Notes under the pieces: model-generated | Told to the model about the DNA's origin: nothing | What the model saw: only the letters and a program-made list of their open reading frames with translations | Database searches by the model: none | Translations under genes and position numbers: made by a program | Shown here: positions 28,000-37,294 of the stretch, in pieces | Layout of the letters: each line of letters begins with the position of its first letter | Numbering within the stretch: position 1 is the first letter of the stretch | Sequence record: DRR378314_1703 | Direction: 5' to 3' (one strand) | Length of the DNA: 37,888 bases

Positions 28000-29309
28000 T
28001 TGCATCCGCTATCGGTTTCGCCGCCGTGTTCCTTCTTGTTCTGCTGCGTATCCCGATTGCTTTTGCGATGGGTTTTGTCGGCATGGTCGGGCTTGTCTAT
28101 GAAACCAGCTACCGCGCCTCCATTTCAATGGTGTCACGGCTGATCATCGACACCAGTCAGGATTACGGCCTGTCCGTGATCCCACTGTTCATCCTCATGG
28201 GGCTCTTCGTGAACAAGGGCGGCATCAGCCGCGAGCTTTATCAAGTGTCCAATGCTTTTCTGGGGCATTTTCGCGGAGGGTTGGCGATGGCGACAATTGT
28301 CGCCTGCGGGGGCTTTGCCGCGATCTGTGGTTCCTCCCTCGCAACGGCCGCCACGATGTCAAAGGTCGCTATGCCGGAAATGCGAAAGTTCGGCTATGCT
28401 GACAGCCTGTCGACCGCCTCCATCGCGGCGGGCGGAACACTGGGCATTTTAATCCCACCTTCTGTCATTCTGGTAATCTATGGCCTTCTGACCGAGACTT
28501 CTATCGGGGCTTTGTTCATCGCTGGCATCATTCCGGGGTTCCTTGGCATTCTTTTCTATCTGGGCGCCGTCCGGTATTCCGTAGCAATGAACCCGGAATC
28601 CGGCCCCGCTGGGCCGCGCGCCACCTGGCGCGAACGGCTGCATGCGCTGAATCACGTCTGGTCTGTACTGGCGCTCTTTGCACTGGTGATTGGCGGCCTT
28701 TACGGCATATTGGATTTCTGGCCAATCCATCTGGCGTTTTCCCCAACTGAAGCTGCCGGCATGGGGGCAGCAGGTGCTTTCCTGATTGCCTTGGCGCGCG
28801 GGGGCCTGAACTGGCGTGCTCTGCGTGAGGTGCTGGAAGAAACAACCCTTACCACGGCATCGCTTTTTGCCGTTCTTATCGGGGCATGGATTTTCTCCAA
28901 CTTCGTCAACCTCGCTGGCCTGCCCGAAGGCTTGCTTGCCATGGTGACCGCTTTGGAACTTGGGCCTTGGGTGGTCATGGGGCTGATCTTGCTGATTTAC
29001 ATTGCATTGGGATGTATATTTGAAAGTATGTCGATGCTGTTGCTGACGGTGCCGATCTTTTTCCCACTGGTCACCAGCCTTGGATTTGATCCGGTATGGT
29101 TCGGCATCATCGTTGTTGTCGTGACGGAAATCAGCCTGATCACACCGCCCGTGGGGCTGAACGTCTTTGTTCTGAAGGGTGTTGTCGGCGATGTCAGCAC
29201 TGGCACAATCTTTCGCGGTGTAACCCCTTTCTGGATTGTCGACATCCTGCGCTTGCTGCTGCTGCTCGCCTTTCCAGCTCTGGTGCTTTTCTTACCATCG
29301 CAAATGTAA
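27996..29309 (+). CDS. TRAP transporter large permease (DctM family)
   Basis: IPLFILMG, CGSSLATAA, GGTLGILIPPS, SPTEAA and LITPPVGLNVFV. Confidence 0.94.
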   Translation: MIASAIGFAAVFLLVLLRIPIAFAMGFVGMVGLVYETSYRASISMVSRLIIDTSQDYGLSVIPLFILMGLFVNKGGISRELYQVSNAFLGHFRGGLAMATIVACGGFAAICGSSLATAATMSKVAMPEMRKFGYADSLSTASIAAGGTLGILIPPSVILVIYGLLTETSIGALFIAGIIPGFLGILFYLGAVRYSVAMNPESGPAGPRATWRERLHALNHVWSVLALFALVIGGLYGILDFWPIHLAFSPTEAAGMGAAGAFLIALARGGLNWRALREVLEETTLTTASLFAVLIGAWIFSNFVNLAGLPEGLLAMVTALELGPWVVMGLILLIYIALGCIFESMSMLLLTVPIFFPLVTSLGFDPVWFGIIVVVVTEISLITPPVGLNVFVLKGVVGDVSTGTIFRGVTPFWIVDILRLLLLLAFPALVLFLPSQM

Positions 29310-29322
29310 TCGCAAAACAAAT

Positions 29323-29352
29323 GGGGGTGCCCGGTCTATACCGGACACCCCC
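29323..29352. terminator. Hairpin between convergent dctM and amine oxidase genes (probable bidirectional terminator)
   Basis: GGGGGTGCCCGG-TCTATA-CCGGACACCCCC, with an A-rich left flank. Confidence 0.7.
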
Positions 29353-29372
29353 TATTGCAACAGGCCTGCCGC

Positions 29373-31355
29373 CTACTGCGGGTCGCGTATGGTGATCGCT
29401 GGATTCATTGGGAAGAAATTATGCGGCATGATATGCACTGTCTTCCACTCCGTTGACATCACCGGCCAGTCTTCAGTGCGCGGCACATGGTGGAACCCTG
29501 CGGTGAACCAAGTGACAATATCCTGATCCTGAAGTGGCGCGTCATCCTTAACCCATTGCGCCAAAGTATCAGACCCATCACTTTGCAGGGCGAACTTACC
29601 CCCTGCATAGCGTTCGGCAGGGTCATGCACCGTGTTCCAGACCGAATTCTCGATATAGGCGTTTCGGATCATCGGCGGGTCGTTTTCAAAATCAAACGGC
29701 CCATAGGCGACGCTGCCGTGATGGATCATATAACCAGGCTTATGGCCCAATGGGCCCTTGCGATCCGGGTTCTGCAACATGAAGTAACGCGGCTTGAAGG
29801 ATGAAACCTGATACTTCGCCTCCATCTCGGATTTAGGCATGCTGTGCTTAACCTTCCACAACGACCGCCGGGGGCTGTCATCGTCGACTTCCGCAGCTAC
29901 GATGTCCATCGTCATAAAACGGTTGCTTGGTTGATCGATGTCAAAATCAATTCGGAAATTGAAATAGTGATCGTGATTGGCCGCCACCAGATTGGGAGCA
30001 ATCAAGGTGCCATATTCGGTTTCCGCCACCGCAGTTGGATCATCCATCGATCTGGCATTGGCCCCTTTGACCCCGTCCAATCCGGTTGCGCCGATCTTGA
30101 TCTCGATCTGCCCGTTTTGTTTGAAACGGTAGTCGATCAGGTAATCATAGTTACCGACTTCAGAAGCGGTGCGTACCACCAGTTCCGTCTCTGGACGTCC
30201 TTCGGCAGGCACATATTGATCCGGGCCCTGCGCGAAGACTTCGAAATGCCGCCATGCAGGGTCACCGATATTGCGCTCGAAAATACAGATCGCATCTGGA
30301 ATTTCGAGTGGGTTGCCACCATCATCCGCGATCATCGCAGGCAGGAAGGTTGCGTGACTTGGGCAATCTATACCCGCTACCAAAGGCGTCAGGAACAGAC
30401 CAAAGCCGTATTCGCCACTGTCCATATAGGTGCGCCAATACAAGCCCTCGCTGGGATCCATATAGGGCACGAAGACTTCGGACAAATGCGCCTGATAAAT
30501 CAAAGAGCGCCATTCATCGCCGTCTTTGACATCAATGTTCGACAGGACCGGGCCCGGGCGTTTGTCTACCCGCAGCCGCATCCGCCACATGTCCCATTCC
30601 AGCGCACCGTTGTCGTAGGTAAAGTTTGCGCCGCCCTCTTGCGAAAGGGTGGCCGGATTCATCTCGGGCCGCTGGCTTGTCCGCGCCTCGATTTCCTCTC
30701 CGGTATATCCCCAGCCATCTTCGGGTACCGCCACAAGACCCTCGTCAATCACCCGCAAGGCGGTCCCACTTTGCAGATCGACAACGGCATAAATGCCTTC
30801 AATCGGTTTGGCATAAAAGTTGGAACCGTCAGGGTTCACATAACACGGCACCTTCATCAGGCGGGTGCCATCGTCCTCATCGTTGAAGAAATTCCCGGCG
30901 GTCAATGGCAGGCAGAACACCTGCTCCGGCGTCAAACCACGTTTCGCCAAACCCGCAATCATATCTGGATGGGTCAGAGCGGCCCCCATCGCATTGGCAA
31001 ATTCAGCAAACAAGATCATCGGCTGCCCTTCGACCGGGCTGTTACCTTCGACCTGTCCGCTGGTCAGGTTCACCACCGCCTCGATAAAGCCGGTACCATC
31101 AGCGTTGGACATATGTACCATCGCCCGTCGGTCCAGCTGATCACCCTCCTGCCAGGCGAGCACCTCGGCCTTTGGTGGTTCGATCAGTTCAATCAACGGA
31201 TAAAGCGTGTCATCCCCCGCCAAATCGCTGGCGCGCAGGATTTCGTTGATCTTTTGATATTCCGGGCCAGACAGCCCATCCAGCGGATGCGCCATCGCAC
31301 CCCCTGCCAGCATCACAAGGGCCGCGCTGCCCCCAAGTATGGTTTTGCGTAACAT
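29373..31355 (-). CDS. Copper-containing (TPQ) primary amine oxidase, Sec-exported (TynA/MaoA-like)
   Basis: Signal peptide ending AMA|HPLD, base Asp in YMDSGEYG, TPQ motif GNYDY, and Cu ligands NHDH and GFHHVPR.EDWPVM. SD GGAGGAG before ATG 31355. Confidence 0.95.
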   Translation of the reverse strand: MLRKTILGGSAALVMLAGGAMAHPLDGLSGPEYQKINEILRASDLAGDDTLYPLIELIEPPKAEVLAWQEGDQLDRRAMVHMSNADGTGFIEAVVNLTSGQVEGNSPVEGQPMILFAEFANAMGAALTHPDMIAGLAKRGLTPEQVFCLPLTAGNFFNDEDDGTRLMKVPCYVNPDGSNFYAKPIEGIYAVVDLQSGTALRVIDEGLVAVPEDGWGYTGEEIEARTSQRPEMNPATLSQEGGANFTYDNGALEWDMWRMRLRVDKRPGPVLSNIDVKDGDEWRSLIYQAHLSEVFVPYMDPSEGLYWRTYMDSGEYGFGLFLTPLVAGIDCPSHATFLPAMIADDGGNPLEIPDAICIFERNIGDPAWRHFEVFAQGPDQYVPAEGRPETELVVRTASEVGNYDYLIDYRFKQNGQIEIKIGATGLDGVKGANARSMDDPTAVAETEYGTLIAPNLVAANHDHYFNFRIDFDIDQPSNRFMTMDIVAAEVDDDSPRRSLWKVKHSMPKSEMEAKYQVSSFKPRYFMLQNPDRKGPLGHKPGYMIHHGSVAYGPFDFENDPPMIRNAYIENSVWNTVHDPAERYAGGKFALQSDGSDTLAQWVKDDAPLQDQDIVTWFTAGFHHVPRTEDWPVMSTEWKTVHIMPHNFFPMNPAITIRDPQ

Positions 31356-31385
31356 ATTATCTCCTCCATAAATTTGCATTTCCAA

Positions 31386-31415
31386 GTTCCCGCTTCGCCT
31401 CCCCGGAGCGGGAAC
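31386..31415 (-). other. Intergenic stem-loop between the ALDH and amine oxidase genes
   Basis: Minus strand GTTCCCGCTCCG-GGGAGG-CGAAGCGGGAAC (11/12 pairs), no strong U-tract. Confidence 0.55.
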
Positions 31416-31427
31416 CAGCATACTTGA

Positions 31428-32846
31428 TCAGGCAAAAATCACTTGAATTTGGGTGTATTCCTTGAGGCCCTCTTCACCAAACTCAACGCCAAGTCCCGAT
31501 TTTTTTGCCCCGCCAAATGGCGCATTCGGCTGGATCATCCCATGACTGTTCACCCAGACCGACCCACATTCCATCCGCAGCGCCACCGATTTGGCCGCCG
31601 CTATGTCGCCTGACCAGACAGACCCGCCCAATCCCACATCCAGTGCATTTGCCTGTAACAGGGCATCTTCCAGTTCCGTGTATCGGATGATGGGCAGAGC
31701 TGGTCCAAATTGCTCTTCGTAGACCAGCGGATCATCCGCCCCCATCCCGGCGATGATCGTGGGCGGATAGAACAAGCCCTGCCCCGGTTCCCCACCCAGC
31801 AAGACCTGCCCGCGTTCCTTGGCCTGCGCCACCAAACGCGACAGCTTATCAAACTGCATCTGGTTCTGAACCGGGCCAAGCATGCTGTCTTCCAGACTGC
31901 CTTCGCCGACCTTGATGTTGCGCGCAAAGGCCACCAGAGCGTCACAAACAGCATCATGGATATCGTCATGCACATAAAGACGTTTCATTGCCGCACAGGT
32001 CTGACCATTATTGATGAAAGCACCCCAGAACAGGCCCTCTGCAATCTGCTCGGGGTTCGCGTCGGGCAACACAATGCCGGCGTCGTTTCCGCCCATCTCA
32101 AGGGTCAGCCGTTTCATCGTTTCCGCCCCGGACTGCATGACCTTCTGGCCCGTACCGCAAGACCCGGTGAAAACGATCTTTGCGATATCCACATGTGCCG
32201 ACATCGCGGCCCCCATGTTGAACGCCCCATCCTGACAACTGACGGAATTCACCACCCCAGCAGGCAGAACTTCGTTCATCAACTCGATCATCCGCAGTGA
32301 TGCCAGCGGTGTCAGAGGGGAAGGTTTGCTCACAACAGTATTGCCCGTGCGCAGGGCAGGCAGGATATGCCAGACTGCAATCAGCACCGGAAAGTTCCAC
32401 GGGGTGATCGAGCCCACTACGCCCAATGGCTTGCGGTGCATCTCGACCCGGCCTTGATCCGTGTCTTGTAAAACCTGAAGCGGCAAAGACAGGCCCGCAG
32501 TATAGCGCGCCCAAGCGACAGCGCCGCCCATTTCCCACCGCGAACCGATACCGTCCAACGGCTTGCCCTGCTCTGCGGTGATCAACTGTGCCAGTTCTTC
32601 TGCATGTTGCTCTAGCTTGTCTGCCACCGCGTTGCAGGCCGCAGCCAGCTCCGCGTCAGACTTTGCCGACCACATCGGAAAAGCCGCCTTGGCCGCTGCA
32701 ACGGCCCGGTCAAGTTCCTCCTGCCCTGCATCGGGGGCTGTGCCTGCCACACCACCCGTGCCGGGGTTCGTAACGTCAAAACGCCGTGGCGTCTCCGGTC
32801 TCTCGCCATTCGCGATTAACCCGATTGTTTCGGTAGTATCTTTCAT
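31428..32846 (-). CDS. NAD(P)-dependent aldehyde dehydrogenase (probable arylacetaldehyde dehydrogenase)
   Basis: ITPWNFP, KPSPLTP, FTGS, LEMGGND, GQTC and EEQFGP. Directly upstream of the amine oxidase. Confidence 0.94.
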   Translation of the reverse strand: MKDTTETIGLIANGERPETPRRFDVTNPGTGGVAGTAPDAGQEELDRAVAAAKAAFPMWSAKSDAELAAACNAVADKLEQHAEELAQLITAEQGKPLDGIGSRWEMGGAVAWARYTAGLSLPLQVLQDTDQGRVEMHRKPLGVVGSITPWNFPVLIAVWHILPALRTGNTVVSKPSPLTPLASLRMIELMNEVLPAGVVNSVSCQDGAFNMGAAMSAHVDIAKIVFTGSCGTGQKVMQSGAETMKRLTLEMGGNDAGIVLPDANPEQIAEGLFWGAFINNGQTCAAMKRLYVHDDIHDAVCDALVAFARNIKVGEGSLEDSMLGPVQNQMQFDKLSRLVAQAKERGQVLLGGEPGQGLFYPPTIIAGMGADDPLVYEEQFGPALPIIRYTELEDALLQANALDVGLGGSVWSGDIAAAKSVALRMECGSVWVNSHGMIQPNAPFGGAKKSGLGVEFGEEGLKEYTQIQVIFA

Positions 32847-32946
32847 GATGTCCTCCCAATCTCCACAATCGACGGATGCCGATTGCGCTCCCTGGAAGTC
32901 AGGCTAGGCGCTCATCCTGTGGACATCTTGGGCGAACGCGACAGCG

Positions 32947-33891
32947 CTATTGGACGATCGCGCCAGCCGCACGGCTGCGGTTTTGGGCCTCTCCGGGGGT
33001 CACCCCATATTGCTGCCGAAAGGTGCGATAGAAATACGACAGATCGTTAAATCCGCAGGCATAGGCGCAATCCACCACAGAGACTTCTGATGCCCCGGCA
33101 CGCGACAGATCCGCATAGGCTTGCGCCAACCGCGTCTGTACCAGCCTCTGCCCCGGCGTATCACCCAGCGGCTCGAAATACCTTTGCAGACTGCGCAGGG
33201 AAACGCCCAACCGCAACGCCAATGTCCCCGGTCCAAACTCTGGATCGCGATAGTTTTGTGCGATCAACCGCAGCGCCCGCGCGATGATTTGCCCGCGCGG
33301 GTCTGGCTCCTGACTACGGCGTTCCTGAAAATATGCCCCTATCAGACCATAGAAGGCTTCGCTCAATTGCGTGCCTGTTTCCGGCGCACTGTGCAGCATT
33401 TTCACCAACACCGCCCGCATCGCCAGCCACAAGGGGTCGGTCCGGTCAATAGCAACGCCGCCATTACAGATCGCACCAAAGCGCCCCAACATCTCATCAC
33501 GCGGAAGATGTACAGAAATCTGATGCGCCAGCTGCCCATCATACACGAATTTCGACGGCTGCGTCGCATCAACAATGAACATATCCCCCGGCGAGAGCAG
33601 CGTAGAGGTGCCATTTTGATGCACAACACAGCGGCCAAAATCCTGAACAAGCATGAAGAAATATTCACTCGGATCGCGCCGTATACAGGCCCGTGTGCGC
33701 GCCGCCTCTTCAACGTCAAGCGACACCAGCGCGGTATCAAAGCCCCCCATCGTCTGCTTGCGCGCTAACCCATGCGACTGCGCGTGGTGACTTGCAGGCT
33801 CAATCTCGAAGGCCCCACAAATTTCACCTATATCGTCGCGCAATGTCTCAATCGCGATGGCTTCCGTTGTCATCTGGCTAAGCGCTTGCAT
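32947..33891 (-). CDS. AraC-family activator with FeaR-like N-terminal domain
   Basis: HQNG....LSPGDMFIVDATQP N-domain and C-terminal LA.RLGVSLRSLQRYF...AYACGFNDLSYFYRTFRQQYG.TP. Start ATG 33891 after AGGAGG (ORF track gives 33957). Confidence 0.9.
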   Translation of the reverse strand: MQALSQMTTEAIAIETLRDDIGEICGAFEIEPASHHAQSHGLARKQTMGGFDTALVSLDVEEAARTRACIRRDPSEYFFMLVQDFGRCVVHQNGTSTLLSPGDMFIVDATQPSKFVYDGQLAHQISVHLPRDEMLGRFGAICNGGVAIDRTDPLWLAMRAVLVKMLHSAPETGTQLSEAFYGLIGAYFQERRSQEPDPRGQIIARALRLIAQNYRDPEFGPGTLALRLGVSLRSLQRYFEPLGDTPGQRLVQTRLAQAYADLSRAGASEVSVVDCAYACGFNDLSYFYRTFRQQYGVTPGEAQNRSRAAGAIVQ

Positions 33892-34091
33892 TCTCGCACC
33901 CCTCCTCTCGCCCGCATTCTGCGCACCCTCGGGAAAGGCTAGCGTATGAATTTGCATGCATCAAGCCCACCGCAGTGTTCCCCATGGCTGACGGTATTTC
34001 CGTGGCTTTGCAGAAGTTTCCTACCCGGTTCGACTGGGGCAAAGCTGGACGAACGCAACGGCAACCGCGCCAGCGCCCTTCACCACGCAGC

Positions 34092-35249
34092 CTAGAATGC
34101 GGTCTGATAAATCGCCAAAGCATCCGCCTCCGTCAACGGACGCGGGTTGTTCATCAGCAAACGGGATTGGTTCATCGCATCTGCCGCCAGTTTCGGCAAC
34201 ATATCCTCTGGAATCTCCATCGCCCGCAGGTTGGGTTGCAGCCCGCAATCCAGCGCGAGTTTTGCCAGCGCATCACAAAAAGCGGCGGCACGCTCCTGCC
34301 CCTCCAGCTTGCTCAGCTCAGGAAAGGCAGCAGGTGCCAGATCAGCATAGGGCTGCGGTGCGGTCACAATGTTGAAGCGCAGCACATGCGGAAGAACCAG
34401 CGCGTTGGACAACCCATGAGGAATGTGAAAATGCCCGCCCAGCGGGTAAGCCAGCGCATGAACAGCAGCGACCGGCGCGTTGGCAAAGGCCTGCCCCGCC
34501 AGCATGGACCCAAGCAGCATATCTGCCCGCGCTTGCCTATCGGTGCCCTCGTGCACCGCTGTCAGAATTGCGGAGCCGATCAGTTTCAATGCCTCAATCG
34601 CCAGCATACGCGACATCGGATTATTGTTGGGGCTCGCCGAGGCATAGGCCTCAATCGCATGCACCATTGCGTCAATTCCAGTGGCGGCCGTGATCTGCGG
34701 CGGCAAACCATAGGTCAGTTCCGGATCAAGCAATGCCACATCGGGCAGGATCACCGGAGAGACGACGCCCATTTTTTCATTTGTGCCCGTTGTGACAATC
34801 GAAATCGGCGTGACCTCGGACCCGGTGCCAGAAGTGGTTGGGATCAGAACAAGCGGCAAACGCGGCCCCTTGGCGTTGCCAATACCATATGCATCGGCCA
34901 GTTTTTCATTGCTACAGGCCAACAGTGCCACCAGTTTGGCAACATCCAAAGACGACCCGCCGCCAAATCCGACGATTGCATCCACCTTGGCACGCACCGC
35001 GTGATCCGCCGCGCTTTGAATAACATGTTCGGGCGGGTCAGCCTGAACATCAGCATAGATCTCGACCTCGACATCTGCGTCTTTCAGGGCGGCCAGCGCA
35101 TGCTCGACCAGTCCGGTCGCGATCATGCCCGGATCGGTCACCAGCAACACCCGCGTGCCAAAACCGTTTTTGACGATCTCGCCCAGCTGCTTGATCATGC
35201 CTGCGCCGAAACGAATGGAATTTGCGGTATTGAAGGTGAAGGGGTTCAA
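34092..35249 (-). CDS. Iron-containing alcohol/hydroxyacid dehydrogenase
   Basis: GGGSSLD, PTTSGTGSEVT, DAMVHAIE and HALAYPLGGHFHIPHG. TTG start after AGGAG. Confidence 0.93.
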   Translation of the reverse strand: MNPFTFNTANSIRFGAGMIKQLGEIVKNGFGTRVLLVTDPGMIATGLVEHALAALKDADVEVEIYADVQADPPEHVIQSAADHAVRAKVDAIVGFGGGSSLDVAKLVALLACSNEKLADAYGIGNAKGPRLPLVLIPTTSGTGSEVTPISIVTTGTNEKMGVVSPVILPDVALLDPELTYGLPPQITAATGIDAMVHAIEAYASASPNNNPMSRMLAIEALKLIGSAILTAVHEGTDRQARADMLLGSMLAGQAFANAPVAAVHALAYPLGGHFHIPHGLSNALVLPHVLRFNIVTAPQPYADLAPAAFPELSKLEGQERAAAFCDALAKLALDCGLQPNLRAMEIPEDMLPKLAADAMNQSRLLMNNPRPLTEADALAIYQTAF

Positions 35250-35390
35250 GGAAAGCTCCTATAACTTTTTCAGCTGTTCAGGATCCTCAGCGACCCCGGC
35301 GGGTGTCGCGATAGTGAACCTGCTGAAAGCTATGGGAGTCAAGCGAACAGTCTGTGCAGATTTCGTAAGGGAGAATGGATTTAGGGCCAC

Positions 35391-36014
35391 TCAATCTTTT
35401 GAACTGGTCGAAACCACATGCGCGCCGTCAATCCCGCCCAATGAATGAAACAAACCGCTGGTGTTGTTGACGTTGAATTTCTTGAGCAATTTCGCGCGGT
35501 AGACTTCGACTGTCCGGTAGGAAAGGTCCAAACGCAAGGCGATCTCCTTGCTGGTCAACCCTTCACTCAGGTGACTGATGATCTCGCGTTCACGTCTGGT
35601 CAATTTGAAATACGGCCGCTCTGACGAAAGATCCGCAAAGCTCCAGACCGCGCGGGCCAGCGGATCATCGGGGGTGAAGGAATGGCCCCGAACGCGGCAC
35701 CAGAATAAGGTGTTATCGTTGCGCGCCATGATCCGTTCGTCCCAATAGGTGTTATGTTCACGCAGCTGTTCGACGCCGCGATCACGGACATTCACGAATT
35801 CCTCGTTGGAAGGGTAGAGAATTGAAAACAACTGATCACAGAGGTCTTCACGGGAATAGCCAAACATCTGCGCAAAGGCGTTGTTGCAATCACGGATCAC
35901 GCGCATTTCTGTGACAACCAAGCCAATGGGTGCGTGCAAAAATGCCAGCTCCGCAAAGCGTCCTTCTGCATAGCAATTGTCGATACGTATTTCCACGATC
36001 TTGCCCCGTTGCAC
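35391..36014 (-). CDS. PAS-domain LuxR-family transcriptional regulator (5' end uncertain)
   Basis: PAS region (APIGL...CN.AF..MFGY) and LuxR HTH LTRREREII..L.EG.TSKEIA..L.LS.RTVE.YR..L.KK. Confidence 0.88.
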   Translation of the reverse strand: MQRGKIVEIRIDNCYAEGRFAELAFLHAPIGLVVTEMRVIRDCNNAFAQMFGYSREDLCDQLFSILYPSNEEFVNVRDRGVEQLREHNTYWDERIMARNDNTLFWCRVRGHSFTPDDPLARAVWSFADLSSERPYFKLTRREREIISHLSEGLTSKEIALRLDLSYRTVEVYRAKLLKKFNVNNTSGLFHSLGGIDGAHVVSTSSKD

Positions 36015-36094
36015 TAAGTCTTGAATGCTACGGGGATGTTAAACAAGCGGTTGGGTGCGTGCAACGTCACGCCCTGCCGGCTAGGGAGGATACT

Positions 36095-37294
36095 ATGAAG
36101 ACGATTGCGCGGTTCGCCGCATCTTTTGCCGTTTCCATTGCGATGGCAGGCTCTGCTTTGGCGCAGGACCCGATCAAGATTGCCTTGATTCACGGCCTGT
36201 CCGGCTCCAGCTTCGAAGCCTTCTCAAAGCAGGCACAGACCGGATTCGAGCTGGGTCTCGAATATGCCACAGGGGGAACAAACGAGGTCAAAGGTCGCCC
36301 CATCGAAGTCATCGTCAAAGACACGCAGTTCAAACCTGACGTGGCCCGCGCCGTGCTGGCGGAGGCCTACGGCGACGACGAGGTGTTGCTGGCCGTGGGT
36401 GCAACATCCTCCGGTGTGACCAAAGGCATGCTGCCCATCGCAGAGGAATACGAGAAGATCCTTATCGTAGAGCCTGCCGTCGCTGACAGCCTGACAGGAC
36501 CCGACAGCAACCGTTATATCTTCAAAACATCACGCAATTCCTCGATGGACATGCAGGCGCAGGCAATTGCACTGAAACCTGACGAGAACCTGTTTGTCGC
36601 CACCCTCGCGGAAGACTATGCTTTTGGCCGCGACGGCATCAACGCCTTCAAAGCAGCGCTTGAGGGCACCGGCGCGACCGTCGTGACCGAAGAATATGTG
36701 CCACAAGGCACCGCCGATTTCACGGCGGCAACCGAGCGGATGTTTAACGCACTCAAGGACAAAGAAGGCCGCAAGGTGATCCTCGTCTACGTTGCGGGCG
36801 GCGGTGATGCACCGGGCAAAATTCAGGCGCTGGACCCTGACCGCTATGGCATCGAGCTGTCGATGGGTGGCCATATCCTGCCGGTTTTGCCTACCTACAA
36901 GCGCTTCCCCGGTTTGGAAGGTGCGGTGTATTACTATTATGAGGCCTATGACAATCCGGTGAACAAATGGCTGGTGGAAACCCATCAGGAACGGTTCGAC
37001 GGCCCGCCTGATTTTTTCACCGCCGGTGGGATGGCCGCAGCACTCGCAGTGGTCAAAACACTGGAAACCGCCACAAGCTATGAGACTGATGACCTGATCA
37101 CTGCCATGGAAGGCATGTCATGGGAAACCCCCAAAGGCACCATGACCTTCCGTCCCGAAGATCACCAAGCGTTGCAATCCATGGTCCACTTCAAAATCCG
37201 CGTGGATGATAACGTCGATTGGGCCATCCCCGATCTGGTGCGCATCATTGAAGCGGATGAAATGAACATTCCCGTTGGTCGCACTAACGACTGA
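36095..37294 (+). CDS. Branched-chain/Liv-type ABC transporter substrate-binding protein
   Basis: Signal peptide (ALA|QDP), GATSSG, EPAVADSLTG, DYAFGRDG and TPKG.MTFRPEDHQA. SD GGGAGGA before ATG 36095. Confidence 0.9.
   Translation: MKTIARFAASFAVSIAMAGSALAQDPIKIALIHGLSGSSFEAFSKQAQTGFELGLEYATGGTNEVKGRPIEVIVKDTQFKPDVARAVLAEAYGDDEVLLAVGATSSGVTKGMLPIAEEYEKILIVEPAVADSLTGPDSNRYIFKTSRNSSMDMQAQAIALKPDENLFVATLAEDYAFGRDGINAFKAALEGTGATVVTEEYVPQGTADFTAATERMFNALKDKEGRKVILVYVAGGGDAPGKIQALDPDRYGIELSMGGHILPVLPTYKRFPGLEGAVYYYYEAYDNPVNKWLVETHQERFDGPPDFFTAGGMAAALAVVKTLETATSYETDDLITAMEGMSWETPKGTMTFRPEDHQALQSMVHFKIRVDDNVDWAIPDLVRIIEADEMNIPVGRTND

Noticed and set aside
29844-31352. 502-aa plus-strand ORF
   Set aside because: Lies entirely antisense to the copper amine oxidase; a typical shadow ORF in GC-rich DNA.
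32847-32946. FeaR-like direct repeats upstream of the ALDH (minus strand TGTCGC...CAAGA then TGTCC)
   Set aside because: The second repeat is poor and the spacing is 18 rather than about 21 bp, so it cannot be supported.
33975-35264. 429-aa plus-strand ORF
   Set aside because: Antisense to the Fe-ADH, with no domain features.
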